A stretch of 64,000 nt of DNA from a bacterium (GTDB lineage: Bacteria > Babelota > Babeliae > Babelales > Vermiphilaceae), in NCBI GenBank assembly GCA_021818945.1, contig JAKASV010000002.1:721-64720 (forward strand). Reading direction: 5' to 3'. Shown here piece after piece: positions 62,606-64,000 of the stretch (within the stretch, counting starts at the first letter, position 1; every line of letters starts with the position of its first letter). The position numbers were made by a program, and so were the translations under genes. The notes under the pieces were generated by a model. The model was not told where the DNA came from. It did not search any database and was given only the letters and a program-made list of their open reading frames with translations.

Positions 62606-62990
62606 AAACTGGCTAGCTATAGCCAAAGAAGATTTGCTTGCGGCAAAAGGATTACTTAAACTCGGGTTGTTTTCATCTGCTTTATTCCACTGCCAACAAT
62701 CAGTTGAAAAGTCTTTGAAAGCTTACTTGACATTCAAGAAACATCCTATTTCCAAAACACATGACTTGGTGCATCTACTTGAATTATGTATGTCATTTGA
62801 TCCAGAATTTAAAAAAGTCTATGAAGCTGCCGATTATATAAATCCATTTGCTACGAGATTTAGATATCCAACAGAATTTGATATTCCTGACATAGATGTC
62901 ACTAAAAAGGCTATTAAGCTTGCAGAAAATACAGTAAAATATGTATTAAAGAAAATAGAAATGCCCATTGCTGGACAAATGAAAATTTGA
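62592..62990 (+). CDS. HEPN-domain protein, third pair
   Basis: A..DL..A, HCQQSVEKSLKAYL, SKTHDLVHL and ATRFRYP. It overlaps the NTase gene by 14 nt. Confidence 0.75.
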   Translation: MPAHENWLAIAKEDLLAAKGLLKLGLFSSALFHCQQSVEKSLKAYLTFKKHPISKTHDLVHLLELCMSFDPEFKKVYEAADYINPFATRFRYPTEFDIPDIDVTKKAIKLAENTVKYVLKKIEMPIAGQMKI

Positions 62991-63185
62991 TCTACACTTG
63001 TCATTTTAACAATCTCTTACCTGAATATGGTCAGTTAGCGTCAACACTATTTACTGACATAATAATATATCAAAGTAATCGTGTATACCGGATCTACAGT
63101 AAAGATCTTCCCATCTTTAATTCTCTTTTTTTTGTTCATTCTGCGCTATGAATTCTATAAAAGTAGTAAAATAGCCTTATTAATA

Positions 63186-63441
63186 CCTGGAGATTTTCAA
63201 AAAAATTCAAAATTTTGACGATAATAACGATTTGGCCAATACTTAGGCTTCTAGATCAGAGTCCTGCTGATGCAAAAAAATTAATGTTGACGGCTGATTG
63301 CGGGGGAAAGCAGCGGGGTGCGTGTTCGTCTCTTTAAAAAAGAGTTACAGGAACTTGCCAATGGACTTGGAATTGAAATATCTGTATGTCATTTTCCTCC
63401 TGGCACGAGCAAATGGACTAAACAAATGCAAGGTAAACATT
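63186..63441 (+). pseudogene. ISAzo13-like transposase fragment (middle part, frameshifted)
   Basis: ..LMLTADCGG.. then, after a frameshift, RVRLFKKELQELANGLGIEISVCHFPPGTSKW. The first 81 bp repeat 61791..61872. Confidence 0.55.
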
Positions 63442-63585
63442 AATATAAAGCAAATGCTGACAATATGATTAAAATTATCAGATACTACAGGACAAACGTA
63501 CTTAAACTTGCATAAATAAGCCAGCTTTAAGTGCATTTGCCTTGTCAGATACTATATATATCTAAGTAGTCAAAACCTGATTTTT

Positions 63586-63999
63586 TTATTCGATAGTTTG
63601 CCCATTTTTTTGCAGTTCATCAAACTTATTGCTTGTACTTAGTGCAACCATAATCCATACTCCAACTAAGCCAAGCGATAACACAGTACCTACTGTTAAT
63701 AATAGCGGAAGCGAACCTCGTAAAGCATCGGTAACTGTTGAAGCTGAACCTTTGAGTAAACGTGCGCCAAAAGCATCTATCCATCCTTTTGCCTTAAATT
63801 TAACAGCTTTGCTTGTTGGAATATAGAGAACCTCTCGTGACGGATTATTTAAACTGTAATTGAGGCCCTTAATAATCACAACAGAAACCAAGAAAATCCA
63901 CATCAGATAATAAGGACTAAAGCCAAAATGGTAGCTCAAAAATGTCGAAATAACAACTGCTGCAATGATGGATGGGAAGGTAACTAGGCATGTTTTCAG
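63586..63999 (-). CDS. NTT/Tlc-family nucleotide (ATP/ADP) translocase, C-terminal part (5' end beyond the window)
   Basis: LNYSLNNPSREVLYIPTSKAVKFKAKGWIDAFGARL is the conserved NTT block. The frame stays open upstream of the ORF-track TTG to the window edge. Confidence 0.75.
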   Translation of the reverse strand: MKTCLVTFPSIIAAVVISTFLSYHFGFSPYYLMWIFLVSVVIIKGLNYSLNNPSREVLYIPTSKAVKFKAKGWIDAFGARLLKGSASTVTDALRGSLPLLLTVGTVLSLGLVGVWIMVALSTSNKFDELQKNGQTIE

Positions 64000-64000
64000 A

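Noticed and set aside
63345-63536. A 63-aa minus-strand ORF.
   Set aside because: It lies antisense to the ISAzo13-like transposase fragment, whose plus-strand translation has clear family motifs.

Overview
AT-rich bacterial chromosome segment. The gene content suggests an obligate host-associated or intracellular bacterium: a partial NTT-type ATP/ADP translocase, three ankyrin-repeat genes, a vertebrate-like GT6 glycosyltransferase, many IS fragments and TA modules. Housekeeping genes recognised are tsaC, a FolC-like ligase, glyA, efp-nusB, ndk-rpsA and a PheS-family ligase. They are interleaved with accessory blocks. (i) 3.7-5.7 kb holds an isolated Fo-type module of subunit a plus a 320-aa protein made of four fused c-subunit hairpins, with no F1 or stalk genes adjacent. 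(ii) 5.7-15.4 kb is a glycan cluster with GT4, GT6, four paralogous GT2 genes and a flippase. (iii) 16.9-32.1 kb is the stand-out region. A 942-aa Sec-signal protein has a variable C-terminal tip followed by a small cognate ORF. It is followed by about 12 kb of promoter-less toxin-tip plus immunity-like cassettes. Each cassette is preceded by a copy of the same conserved segment from the 3' part of the main gene (nine copies, usually ending at the peptide GPKDAD). One cassette is split by a complete IS21-family element with a 6-bp target duplication, four cassettes share the same 1-nt insertion, and one is degraded. This has the logic of Maf, CDI or Rhs polymorphic toxin loci with orphan modules, but I see no YD, FHA, LXG or PAAR-type delivery domain. 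(iv) 44-64 kb holds a Fic gene, three MNT/HEPN pairs, a SWIM+SNF2 pair, a family of signal-peptide paralogs, and IS4-like and ISAzo13-like debris. No rRNA, tRNA or CRISPR array was seen. One GC-rich, strongly structured intergenic island (37.6-37.8 kb) may be an ncRNA that I cannot classify.
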